Shown here one piece after another: positions 29,035 to 38,216 of a DNA stretch of 64,000 bases (positions are counted from its first letter, which is position 1; the number at the start of each line of letters is the position of its first letter). Source of the stretch: Escherichia coli (lineage in GTDB: Bacteria > Pseudomonadota > Gammaproteobacteria > Enterobacterales > Enterobacteriaceae); the NCBI RefSeq assembly GCF_024502345.1, contig NZ_JALDNN010000001.1; one strand, given 5' to 3'. The position numbers were made by a program, and so were the translations under genes. The notes beneath the pieces were generated by a model. It had not been told where the DNA came from. It did not search any database and was given only the letters and a program-made list of their open reading frames with translations.

Positions 29035-29227
29035 CCAACACCCCTTTTCCTTGAGCTGCTTGCGTACTGATCCATTCTTCAAGATCGGATTGTTTAAAGC
29101 GCCAAGCATTGCCAACTTTAAAAGCAGGAATTTTATGTACCGCTGCTAGACGGTAAACAGTTCTCTCATTTACCTTCAAATACTCAGCTACTTCTTTAAT
29201 TGTCAGAACGGTATCAGTCATTTTCAC
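29021..29227 (-). CDS. Excisionase/MerR-type HTH DNA-binding protein (68 aa)
   Basis: LTIKEVAEYLKVNERTVYRLAAVHKIPAFKVGNAWRFKQSDLEEWI is an HTH_17/Xis-like pattern. It is the first gene of the minus-strand cassette. Confidence 0.75.
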   Translation of the reverse strand: MKMTDTVLTIKEVAEYLKVNERTVYRLAAVHKIPAFKVGNAWRFKQSDLEEWISTQAAQGKGVLDGNN

Positions 29228-29433
29228 TCGGCCACTTTGAAAAGTGCGTCAATTATCTAATGCGAGTGTCAAAATAGTACAAATAAGTACATGAATCAAT
29301 CTTATTCGGCACTTGCCGGAGCTCCTTGGCTTTAATCCTCATCAATTTTAGGTACAGTTTTCAGGCTCGGGGATAAAGTATAAAGAATGTCGTACTGCCG
29401 CTGCCAGAGCAATATTCCCCCCTGCTGGTTGTA

Positions 29434-30093
29434 TCAGAGATGGTATGCCGGTATTTTGCGGGTTGTTCCCGTCAGGTTATCGTGCACCTCCACGGTCGTC
29501 GTTACCACCGGCATTCCGGCCTTTCTCAGCCTCAGGACATCAGCCGCAATACGCTGACTGCCAAACCAGAACAGGCCGTCCAGTGCAGTCACCAGTAAAC
29601 CTGCCTCCAGCGCATACTTCAGCCGTTCACGGGGCGCTTTCACTTCCCTGGCAACCTGCTGATATGGCGATGATGTGCTTTCATTCCCAACCACGCGACG
29701 AATACGGTGAGACAGATGATACCGGTATATATCCGGCACACCAGAAAGACTGGCCTTCAGGCTGTACACGCAGCCAAACCGTTTATCGTTGAACACCACA
29801 TTTTTCTGGCTGATGCCCCATTCTTCACGCAGCGCGGCAATCAGTTGTGGTGTCCGGGTAAGCAGCAAGCGAAAAGGCAGCTCAAAACTGGTGACGTAAT
29901 CCACATTCAACAATGCAATACGCAGTCGTTCTTCTGGCCCGGCCTCTGTCTGCCGACACTCCTCCAGAACATCCTGCCACTGCCGGCGAAGACGGGGCGA
30001 TTCGTTCCGTTCTGTAAAACAGTATTTATCTGCCAGATAATCAATTCGTGTACGCATACTGAAAAGAATTCCGTATAAAGATTCAGCAGACAA
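29434..30093 (-). CDS. Hypothetical protein (219 aa), last gene of the module-B head operon
   Basis: Long ORF co-oriented with and 52 nt downstream of a YfjJ-like gene. It occupies the same position as 7767-8372 in module A. Confidence 0.45.
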   Translation of the reverse strand: MSAESLYGILFSMRTRIDYLADKYCFTERNESPRLRRQWQDVLEECRQTEAGPEERLRIALLNVDYVTSFELPFRLLLTRTPQLIAALREEWGISQKNVVFNDKRFGCVYSLKASLSGVPDIYRYHLSHRIRRVVGNESTSSPYQQVAREVKAPRERLKYALEAGLLVTALDGLFWFGSQRIAADVLRLRKAGMPVVTTTVEVHDNLTGTTRKIPAYHL

Positions 30094-30145
30094 AACTTTA
30101 TCAGTCTGTAAAAATTAACGGAAGAGTCGATATTTCTCCCGGTCA

Positions 30146-30688
30146 TCACCGGATGATTGTTGCAATAACCAGTGGCCTCAGAGACTGAACAGCCGTTTTT
30201 AACGCAACGTATTGCTCTGATGTATCAGGCCGGGTAACCCGAAAACACCTTTCCACCCGACATTGTCCGCCCGTATCCATCCCCCGCCAGGTCTGCTGCA
30301 GTAAATCCACCACTTGCGAACATTGTTCATCAACTGTGACACTGGCTCGCGGGTGACAAATACTCGTCTGGCTGAGCAGCAACAGGCATCGCATTGTTGC
30401 TCCTCCATGTTGTTCCCGCAACCAGCGTAATACCACCGGCGATGATGGACTGGTCGTGTGATTACGCTCAGTAATACGTTCATAAAAGGAAGTACAGAAT
30501 GCATGAATATGTTGCCCGTTGATGTTTCCTTCTGCCGAATGGAGCGTGAAGTGAAATGCCAACAGATGTGGCCAGTGGTCCACCCCCTGCTGAACAAAAC
30601 GCCGGATTTCCCCCGGCGCTGAAAGTAAGGCTTCGGTTATTTGCACTATTTTACCCCTGTGAATTTTGTTAAGCCGGTGCAGACACAC
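30146..30688 (-). CDS. YfjJ/YagK-family protein, divergent subtype
   Basis: FVQQGVDHWPHLLAFHFTLH...VVLRWLREQHGGATMRCLLLLSQ parallels 8449-9015. The start is uncertain. Confidence 0.6.
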   Translation of the reverse strand: MCLHRLNKIHRGKIVQITEALLSAPGEIRRFVQQGVDHWPHLLAFHFTLHSAEGNINGQHIHAFCTSFYERITERNHTTSPSSPVVLRWLREQHGGATMRCLLLLSQTSICHPRASVTVDEQCSQVVDLLQQTWRGMDTGGQCRVERCFRVTRPDTSEQYVALKTAVQSLRPLVIATIIR

Positions 30689-30913
30689 GGAAAGCGCACA
30701 TCAACACCAGCACAGTACGATACAAACACCAGTGACTGACGGGACGAAGGAAATGACGAATCAGTCAGGAAATGATGACAAACAGTTGGCTGACCAGAGG
30801 GTGTCAGCAGAAAGATGAGCGGGAGTGTCGCCAGCACCAGGGACAGGGCTGATTTCCGCAATACCAGCGCCGGCATTTTGCACATTGACAGCGTACTGGC
30901 ATTACAACACGTT

Positions 30914-31144
30914 TCATGCTGCTCCTCGTGATTCCTCAATTCGCTGCTGCATCCACTGCTCCACTTCACTTTTGTACCAGCGGCTGCTGCGCCCCAGTTT
31001 GATGGGTTTAGGGAAATGACCTTCACTGATCAGCCTGTAAAACCATTTATCGGTCATGCCGGTGAAACTGGTGATGTAGTTCATGTCGATCAGGGGATCA
31101 TCGGCACGCAGCAATACGCTGTCGTGGCTTGTTGTGGTCAACAT
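30914..31144 (-). CDS. AlpA-family regulator
   Basis: Reads MLTTTSHDSVLLRADDPLIDMNYITSFTGMTDKWFYRLISEGHFPKPIKLGRSSRWYKSEVEQWM. Confidence 0.85.
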   Translation of the reverse strand: MLTTTSHDSVLLRADDPLIDMNYITSFTGMTDKWFYRLISEGHFPKPIKLGRSSRWYKSEVEQWMQQRIEESRGAA

Positions 31145-31212
31145 GGTCAGAATGTCCTCAGTGAGATTTATGAAGAATGGGGTAATACGGGAAATGGGAT
31201 TGCGTGCTGCTT

Positions 31213-31773
31213 TCAGCACTGCCAACCGGGATTGCCGGCAAGGCAACGGGCTTCCGGATCGCACACTCCACGGCGATCGCGGGCGAAATCACTGAACGCC
31301 CAGATAAGGTCCTTAAACAGGGCTTCGCAGTCCGGTGACCGGCGATCCAGTACCACATCCCGGGTGATCTGCTTCTGGTACAGCTTTGCTTCACCTGGTG
31401 ACGCGAAACCCAGCACATTACTCCAGGCATCCAGTATCAACCGATCCAGTTCGGGGCCGTCGAAATACTCCTGTCTGACGCACAGCACCACGTGGTATTC
31501 CGGCTTTTCCGGATGACGGGTCAGGAGCCAGCAGAGGTCACGCCCGGGCGTTGCATTCATCAGCGCACTGACAGTTTCGATAAAGGCCATACCAAACCAG
31601 GTCTTTCTGCTGCTGAAGGTAGTGTCATATTCACATGGCAGACGAAGCAGGATCCGCCGTACCCGGGAGCCGGACTGCTCACGCAGCGCACGCTCAAGAA
31701 CGCCGATGACTTTGCTCTGATAAGATGGCCAGAAGGGGGCAAGGCTATAGTCGAAATAAGGAATAGCATTCAT
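31213..31773 (-). CDS. YfjJ/YagK-family protein
   Basis: Carries MNAIPYFDYSLAPFW...RILLRLPCEY...EYHVVLCVRQEYF. Confidence 0.65.
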   Translation of the reverse strand: MNAIPYFDYSLAPFWPSYQSKVIGVLERALREQSGSRVRRILLRLPCEYDTTFSSRKTWFGMAFIETVSALMNATPGRDLCWLLTRHPEKPEYHVVLCVRQEYFDGPELDRLILDAWSNVLGFASPGEAKLYQKQITRDVVLDRRSPDCEALFKDLIWAFSDFARDRRGVCDPEARCLAGNPGWQC

Positions 31774-32030
31774 AAGATATGCTCCGTTATGCGCAGCCCA
31801 CAACGCGTCCTGCCCGAGAATGAGCTGACGTGTTATGGTTTGCGGATGGGGTTGATGGAATACGTGAAGAACCGAAACAGAACGGGAAGATCAGGTCACC
31901 GACAAGGGGCGAACACCGGATACAGGTTCAGGATGAATGATCTCCGTTGACTTCGGTTCACATCATTAATCAAGGCGGTAAGGTTTTACCGACGGAGTGT
32001 TTCCAGGAGCGGAGGCTCAGGCCTTAAGCT

Positions 32031-32597
32031 TCAGAAGTGAGGCTTACGAGGACGCCCTGCAGCAGGCCGTTCAGGAACTTCATTGCAACCGTAGGCACAC
32101 AGCCCGTCTTTTTGTTCTTCTTTCGCCAGATAATGCAGGACACCGCGAATATTATCGATGCTCCCGGGATCGTTATGACGCACGGGGATGTTGATGTTGT
32201 ATGTATAATGCGGCTGATATGTACAACGGTGCACCGAACCGCTGTTATGCGTAATAGACCGCCAGCATTCCGTAATCCGCTCCGCAAAGGGATATATTTT
32301 TTTAACTCTCTGACGATCGATCCAGAAAACCGCATGCGCATGAAAACCATGATCAGCCGTCCATTCAATCACCCAGAAGAAGCCAACGATATTTTCAAAT
32401 TGTTCCACCTGCTCCAGCAGCATACGCAACTGCAATTCAAGCCAGCGGTGATCAGGTTGTAAGAAATCAGGCGTATCTTTCCTGTAGAAGAAATCCATCC
32501 GTAAGGCCCGCAGGCAGGAATAGCGTGCCATCATTTGATTGATGTGATGGTCAAGTAAGGCGGTAAAAAACCAGTTTGGTGTGTAAGATTTAGGCAT
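32031..32597 (-). CDS. YfjJ/YagK-family protein
   Basis: Carries LRALRMDFFYRKD...FFWVIEWTADHGFHAHAVFWIDRQ. Confidence 0.7.
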   Translation of the reverse strand: MPKSYTPNWFFTALLDHHINQMMARYSCLRALRMDFFYRKDTPDFLQPDHRWLELQLRMLLEQVEQFENIVGFFWVIEWTADHGFHAHAVFWIDRQRVKKIYPFAERITECWRSITHNSGSVHRCTYQPHYTYNINIPVRHNDPGSIDNIRGVLHYLAKEEQKDGLCAYGCNEVPERPAAGRPRKPHF

Positions 32598-33618
32598 GTT
32601 GATGACTCCTGAAAGTTAATGACGTTTTAAGCTCTGTGAGCGAATTAATGCTTTCGCTCATAATCAGATCTAAAACGGTAATAACTTACAGACGGTATTT
32701 ATCAGGCATGCTGTAGCAGAATGGATACGACGGGTTATTAACGACGCGTAGCGTTGTGCTGAAAGGAATAGGTTATCTGATGGCATTGACTAAAGAAATG
32801 AGATAAACGAGGAGCGAATAAAATACAGACTCAATAAAACATCACGAAATACTGTAAAATACGCGCTAAAACCCCACTAACTGGCGCATTACGGCCAATC
32901 ACATCATAAACTACAAACTTGCTCTCAGTGGTTCTAAAAAAAAACGTGTACAAAGCCAACGCAATAAACTTATACGCCCTCATCCAATCTGTTCTTAAGG
33001 ACATGAACGTTAACCGCACACATTACCAGAGTAAAAAATACCACTGGCATGATTTTTACCCTGCATCTTAAACAATACAACCCGAAACAAACATAATCAG
33101 GAATTCACTCTGTTGATTCTGTTGTTTATCCAGCTCTGTTAAACATGACGGAATCATGGATACTGTATCAAAGAGTAAACATTCAGTTAATCAGTGATGA
33201 CAAAAGAATTGATGTTCACCAGAATAGTTAAAACACTTCAGATAAACAATTATCGTTAAGTAAATACAGTTCATGATAAATAAGATTAAGATCAATTGCT
33301 GTTTCAGTGAAGACTGATAACAGATGGATATTAGCAATAGCGTAGTAGAGAATAGCTTATCTGAATATCATATGAGTTACAGTAATTATGATTGGGGGAT
33401 GGAGTGAATACGATAACAAGAGTAATACTAATGGAATATGTAAAGATTGAGAGTGAGTGAAGACAGGAAATAAATAACAATAGAGATTATATCAAAAAGG
33501 GAGTGAGTATAATAATAGTAATAAACCTAAATTAAAAACATCCATGTTTTATGTAAATACAAATCTGTTTCATAATTATGTACAGAAGTTCGTTATAACG
33601 AATATGTAAATAATTCAG

Positions 33619-34381
33619 TGTAAGTGCTGCCATATTAAAGGTGATCGCTCAGGTGTCAGCGCCAGCGATAATAAGACGGTCACCATTTGGATTGTCCGCT
33701 CCACCCAACATGTTGTTTCCTTAAGGTTCTCACACCAGAAAGGACATCAACATGCTGAGCAGAGAGGACTTTTACATGATAAAGCAAATGCGCCAGCAGG
33801 GCGCGTACATTGTCGATATTGCGACTCAGATTGGTTGCTCTGAACGGACGGTCAGACGCTACCTCAAATACCCTGAACCGCCAGCCAGAAAGACCCGCCA
33901 CAAAATGGTTAAGCTGAAACCGTTTATGGATTACATCGACATGCGCCTGGCAGAGAATGTCTGGAATAGTGAGGTTATCTTCGCGGAGATTAAGGCAATG
34001 GGTTATACGGGCGGACGTTCCATGCTGCGTTACTACATCCAGCCCAAACGTAAAATGCGTCCGTCAAAAAGAACAGTTCGCTTCGAAACTCAGCCTGGAT
34101 ACCAGCTCCAGCACGACTGGGGCGAAGTTGAGGTGGAGGTTGCCGGGCAACGGTGCAAAGTTAACTTTGCGGTTAATACGCTGGGGTTCTCCCGCCGCTT
34201 CCATGTCTTCGCAGCACCAAAACAGGATGCTGAGCATACCTACGAATCACTGGTTCGTGCCTTCCGCTACTTCGGTGGTTGTGTGAAAACGGTGCTGGTT
34301 GATAACCAGAAGGCTGCGGTGCTGAAGAATAACAACGGGAAAGTCGTGTTCAACTCCGGATTCCTGTTGCTGGCCGACCAC
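33619..34381 (+). mobile_element. istA: IS100 (IS21-family) left end with truncated istA (33752-34381)
   Basis: MLSREDFYMIKQMRQQGAYIVDIATQIGCSERTVRRYLKYPEPPARK...NSGFLLLADH matches my recollection of IS100 ORF A, then diverges. The left boundary is placed at TGTAAGTGCTGCC, where G+C rises; it is approximate. Confidence 0.75.
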
Positions 34382-34384
34382 AAC

Positions 34385-34615
34385 CAGAGCAGGAACATCT
34401 GCAGCCGTTACCGAGTTCTGCATTAAGCGCCGTTACGACAGTTAATTTCGTCAGCATACGGGAAAACTGATTGAGGTCGGCCTCGGTTTTGAGGCCTTTA
34501 GCCAGCTCAGCCGCAAGGACTTTAAGCGTCTTTTCGTCCACAATCTACTTGTCTACGTTGTTGGAGCGAACATATCAAAACCGGCAATTACACAATTTAA
34601 ATTACAGTCTCTATG
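34385..34615 (-). pseudogene. IS256-family element, left end plus ~43 N-terminal transposase codons
   Basis: Reads MDEKTLKVLAAELAKGLKTEADLNQFSRMLTKLTVVTALNAEL. The upstream TGTGTAATTGCCGGTTTTGATATGTTC resembles the leader of the 6245-6317 copy. Boundaries are approximate. Confidence 0.6.
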
Positions 34616-34808
34616 AGAACAGTTCAATTTTTTAACTCTCGTTTTCCTCCCTGGCGTTATATGCATAAGCAACTTGAAAGACCCGATGATAGTTATAATT
34701 TCAGGTTATGTCCATGACGACCAATTTGTAACTAAAACAATAAACGGTAACGCTGCCATATAAGCATCAAAAGCGAGCATTACAGCAACATTCAACCGAT
34801 TAGATGTA

Positions 34809-35249
34809 TCACTCATAATCAGAACAAGATGATGATGTGCCCTGAGATATAAGAAAATCATCAAGAGAACCTCCGGCTTTTATTGCTTCTGCAATAACAG
34901 AAGGCCGACGACCTTGTCCACTCCAGTACATTATTTGACCGTTATACTCATACCTGTACTTATTAGACTCTCCTGAATCGTTTTTTCTGCCCGTCTGTAA
35001 TTTTTTGCCAAATTCACGATACACATCTTCCGCCGTTACACCTGCGTCATCCATGTACTTTTTGATAATTGCCAAAGAATCCTTCAACTCATTACGCTGC
35101 TCAATGGCCTTTTCAAGGTTATCCTTAACTTGATTGAAGTCTTCATCAGACATTTCCATGATCAACTTCCGGACAAGGTTGGAATTAAGAAGTGATGTAC
35201 GAACAGTAGCGAGATCTTCATTCTCAACAGAAAACTTCTTCTTGCTCAT
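34809..35249 (-). CDS. H-NS-family nucleoid-associated protein (horizontally acquired paralog)
   Basis: 146 aa with an N-terminal coiled-coil-like region and the C-terminal DNA-binding motif YRYEYNGQIMYWSGQGRRPSVIAEAIKAGGSLDDFLI (H-NS 'TWTGQGRTP' loop variant). Confidence 0.8.
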   Translation of the reverse strand: MSKKKFSVENEDLATVRTSLLNSNLVRKLIMEMSDEDFNQVKDNLEKAIEQRNELKDSLAIIKKYMDDAGVTAEDVYREFGKKLQTGRKNDSGESNKYRYEYNGQIMYWSGQGRRPSVIAEAIKAGGSLDDFLISQGTSSSCSDYE

Positions 35250-35378
35250 CTATCAATACTCTGCTTATCATTAACTTATGATAAATCCTATCAGGTGATT
35301 TTTTATAAAAATAATGGCTACATCACAAAATGTGATACTTAATATTTACTTCATTCAAAGTGAGTGAACTTTCCCGGA

Positions 35379-36256
35379 TAGGCTGGCCCCCTGAATCTCC
35401 AGACAACCAGTATCACTTATTTAAGTGATAATCTTAATATTAGTTTTTAGACTGGTCATTGGAAAACAGATGATTGATGCCTCAGGACCGGAGAAACTCA
35501 GACGGCGTACTGCACAGGAAAAGATCGCTAATGTTCAGAAGAGCTTTGAACCAGGAATGATGGTCTCCCTCGTTGCCCGGCAACATGGTGTAGCAGCCAG
35601 TTACTTCTCTGGCGCAAGCAATACCAGGAGGGAAGTCTTACTGCGGTGACTGCTGGGGAACAGATCGTTCCTGCCTCTGAACTTGCTGCTGCCATAAGGC
35701 AGATTAAAGAACGCCAGCGCCTGCTCGGAACAAAACGATGGAAAATGAACTCATTAAAGAAGCCGTTGAATATGGACGTGCAAAAAGTGGATAGCGCACG
35801 CGCCCTTGTTGCCGGGGTGATGCACTGGGCGGTCACTACCGGCGGCTTCAACAGTGAAACAGCACAGGACGTCATGCCAGGAGCGGTGGAACGCCGCTTC
35901 GGCAACGAGCTTCCGGCGTCTCCAGTGGAGTGGCTGACAGATAATGGTTCATGCTACCGGGCTAATGAAACACGCCTGTCCGCTCGGATGTTGGGACTTG
36001 AATCGAAGAACACGGCGGTGCGGAGTCCGGAGAGTAACAAAATAGCAGAGAGCTTCGTGAAAACGATAAAGCGTGACTACATCGTGTTCATGCCCAAGCC
36101 AGATGTTAATGACGGCATTGCATAACCATGCAGTAGCGATCGAACATTACAATGCAGCATAGCTCTAGGTTATCGCTCGCCGCAGGTATATATGTGGCAG
36201 CGGATCAGTAATGGGTTAAATGATAACAGGAGTCTGGAAATATAGGGAGAAATTCC
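35379..36256 (+). mobile_element. IS2-like element, degenerate (internal deletions and frameshifts, ~878 bp versus 1331 bp)
   Basis: The left end is TAGGCTGGCCCCCTGAATCTCCAGACAACCAGTATCACTTATTTAAGTGATA... and the right end is ...GTAATGGGTTAAATGATAACAGGAGTCTGGAAATATAGGGAGAAATTCC. Contains broken InsC/InsD-like ORFs ([30 protein letters not shown]..). Confidence 0.75.
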
Positions 36257-36403
36257 CTGATGGATCCCCAAAAAATTTAGTAAACCAATATCATATTGGT
36301 ATACCGTTGTTGTAGAACTTTCAGCCCTGCGTCAAGTGACAAGATGTTTAGTATGAGTGAAGAATGTCGGAACCTGTTTAGGATTCTGTGTAAATGCCTT
36401 TTC

Positions 36404-36996
36404 TCAGAAGTGACCGTTCAGGCGGTCACCAAACTCGATAATAAAGCGGCTCATTGCCATACGCCAGTCCTTCAATGGCACTGTCCATTTCTGGGACGCA
36501 GACTGGATTGCCAGCCACACCACTTTTTTCACCGAGTCGTCTGTCGGGAACACTTTACGCTTTTTGATCGCATGGCGGATCACACTGTTTAGTGACTCGA
36601 TGGCATTTGTCGTATAGATCACTTTGCGGATGTCCGTCAGATAAGCGAAGAACGTAGTAAGATTCGGCCAGTTAGCCTGCCAGCGTCGGCTTATCTAGTG
36701 CTTGCTAGCCTGCCTCTTCCGTGGGTGCCTGATTAAATCTCTTTCAGGTCGCGAGTGACGGCTTTGTAGTCCTTCCATGACACGAAGCGCAGACTGTTGC
36801 GCACCATATGCACGATGCATAACTGGATGTGGGTCTCCGAATATACTGTGTTGATGGCATCTGGGAAGCCTTTCAGGCCATCTGCACAGATGATAAGGAT
36901 ATCGTTCAGGCCGCTGTTTTTCAGTTCAGCCAGCACATTGAGCCAGAACTTCGACCCTGTACACGATTTTGTGTGAAACAACGGGGAGCAGGTCAT
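36404..36996 (-). pseudogene. IS256-family transposase, C-terminal part, frameshifted
   Basis: Reads ..KFWLNVLAELKNSGLNDILIICADGLKGFPDAI...CIVHMVRNSL.. and ..WQANWPNLTTFFAYLTDIRKVIYTTNAIESLNSVIR.. in different frames. Confidence 0.75.
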
Positions 36997-37010
36997 CGCT
37001 TCCCAACCCG

Positions 37011-37889
37011 TTATTTCAGCGTGCCGAACTGTTTGTCTTTCAGTGCATATAGTCGGTCGAACTCAGCATAGGGCTCTCCCGTTTCAGCCGCGTGCCGGGT
37101 TTTAGCATCCAGAAGGTCGGGTAAAGGGATCCTATGATTCAGTGAGTGGTAAAGATCATAACCACTGACACAGATAACCCGCTTCCCTTTACCAAAAGCC
37201 GTCAGGCCTTCAGGCGTAAACCCCATCCAACTGATAAAAACACCGCGTGTCCAGGTTGCCTTGGTACTGAGTTTTCCTTCAAATACATGGAGGTCGGCAG
37301 CCGACGTTCTTTTCTGATGCCACTTTGCCTCCATCAGGTAAAATTCATCATTCAGCCGGAAACTTCCGTCAATCTGTTCTCCTGTATTTCGGAAAGACGA
37401 ACGAGGAGCAAGCTTAAAGATACTGAACAGTTCAGCAAGCCAGGCTTCAAACCGAAAACCACGTGGATGTGGCGGCAGAGATTTCATCTCGTTCATTTCA
37501 GCGATAAGTGAATGCCAGTCAACACCATGCCATGCCTGGACAGGCTTAACGCCTTTGGCTTCATCGGTGTCAGCGTTTTCTAAGCGGGAAATCAGTGCAA
37601 GATAGTCATTACGGCTTTGTTCAGCCTGTTCAGGCATGGATTCCGTTTTATACTGCCAGAGCGCACCAAGAACCCGCAGAGCGGTCTCACGATCAACCTG
37701 TTTCAGCAAGCATCTAACTCGTTTGGCTTTTGACGCCCCCTCTTTCTGATAACGTTCATCATCAATATCAATGTTCAATTCTTCATCGAAAAAAGCAGAC
37801 AAGGTGCGGTTAGAGAAATCCAGTATCCAGCCAGGATCGCTCTCGAACACGATATTAAACAGCCTCAAATCCTGCATTTTCAGTTTCAC
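37011..37889 (-). CDS. Mrr-like PD-(D/E)xK restriction endonuclease-domain protein with an unknown N-terminal domain (292 aa)
   Basis: The C-terminal half FEAWLAELFSIFKLAP...GEQIDGSFRLNDEFYLMEAKWHQK...GVFISWMGFT fits the Mrr catalytic fold pattern (D...E-x-K). The N-terminal ~130 aa are unassigned. Confidence 0.65.
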   Translation of the reverse strand: MKLKMQDLRLFNIVFESDPGWILDFSNRTLSAFFDEELNIDIDDERYQKEGASKAKRVRCLLKQVDRETALRVLGALWQYKTESMPEQAEQSRNDYLALISRLENADTDEAKGVKPVQAWHGVDWHSLIAEMNEMKSLPPHPRGFRFEAWLAELFSIFKLAPRSSFRNTGEQIDGSFRLNDEFYLMEAKWHQKRTSAADLHVFEGKLSTKATWTRGVFISWMGFTPEGLTAFGKGKRVICVSGYDLYHSLNHRIPLPDLLDAKTRHAAETGEPYAEFDRLYALKDKQFGTLK

Positions 37890-38216
37890 GCCTACCTCCT
37901 TTTTTCACAGTATAACGGGATGAAAGTGGGGGAGGAAATGAGTCAGAACCTGTACACCAGCATTAGGGGATTCCGCGTCTGGTACAAAGCAGACTATGAG
38001 AAGAGAGACGCTATAACATTTGAGTCCTACCAATCGATCTGTTCATTTCTATGAATGGCAGTAAATGCAAATAACCAGAACAACCAAACGTTTTTCGACT
38101 TATGTGTCACGAACGGAAGTAGATGGCAATCCATTGCATTACTTCAGGACGACTTTTCAGAAAGCGAGCTAAGGGCGTTGGCATAAACTCAGGCATCGGA
38201 TGCTGTTTTACAGGGT

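Noticed and set aside
18676-29227. The cassette as class 1 DISARM (SNF2 DrmD plus methyltransferase)
   Set aside because: No DrmA/DrmB (DUF1998) or PLD-type DrmC equivalents are present. The methyltransferase and helicase-nuclease pair has the Type III Mod/Res motif order instead. No BREX (PglZ/BrxC) or Dnd/Ssp components are present either.
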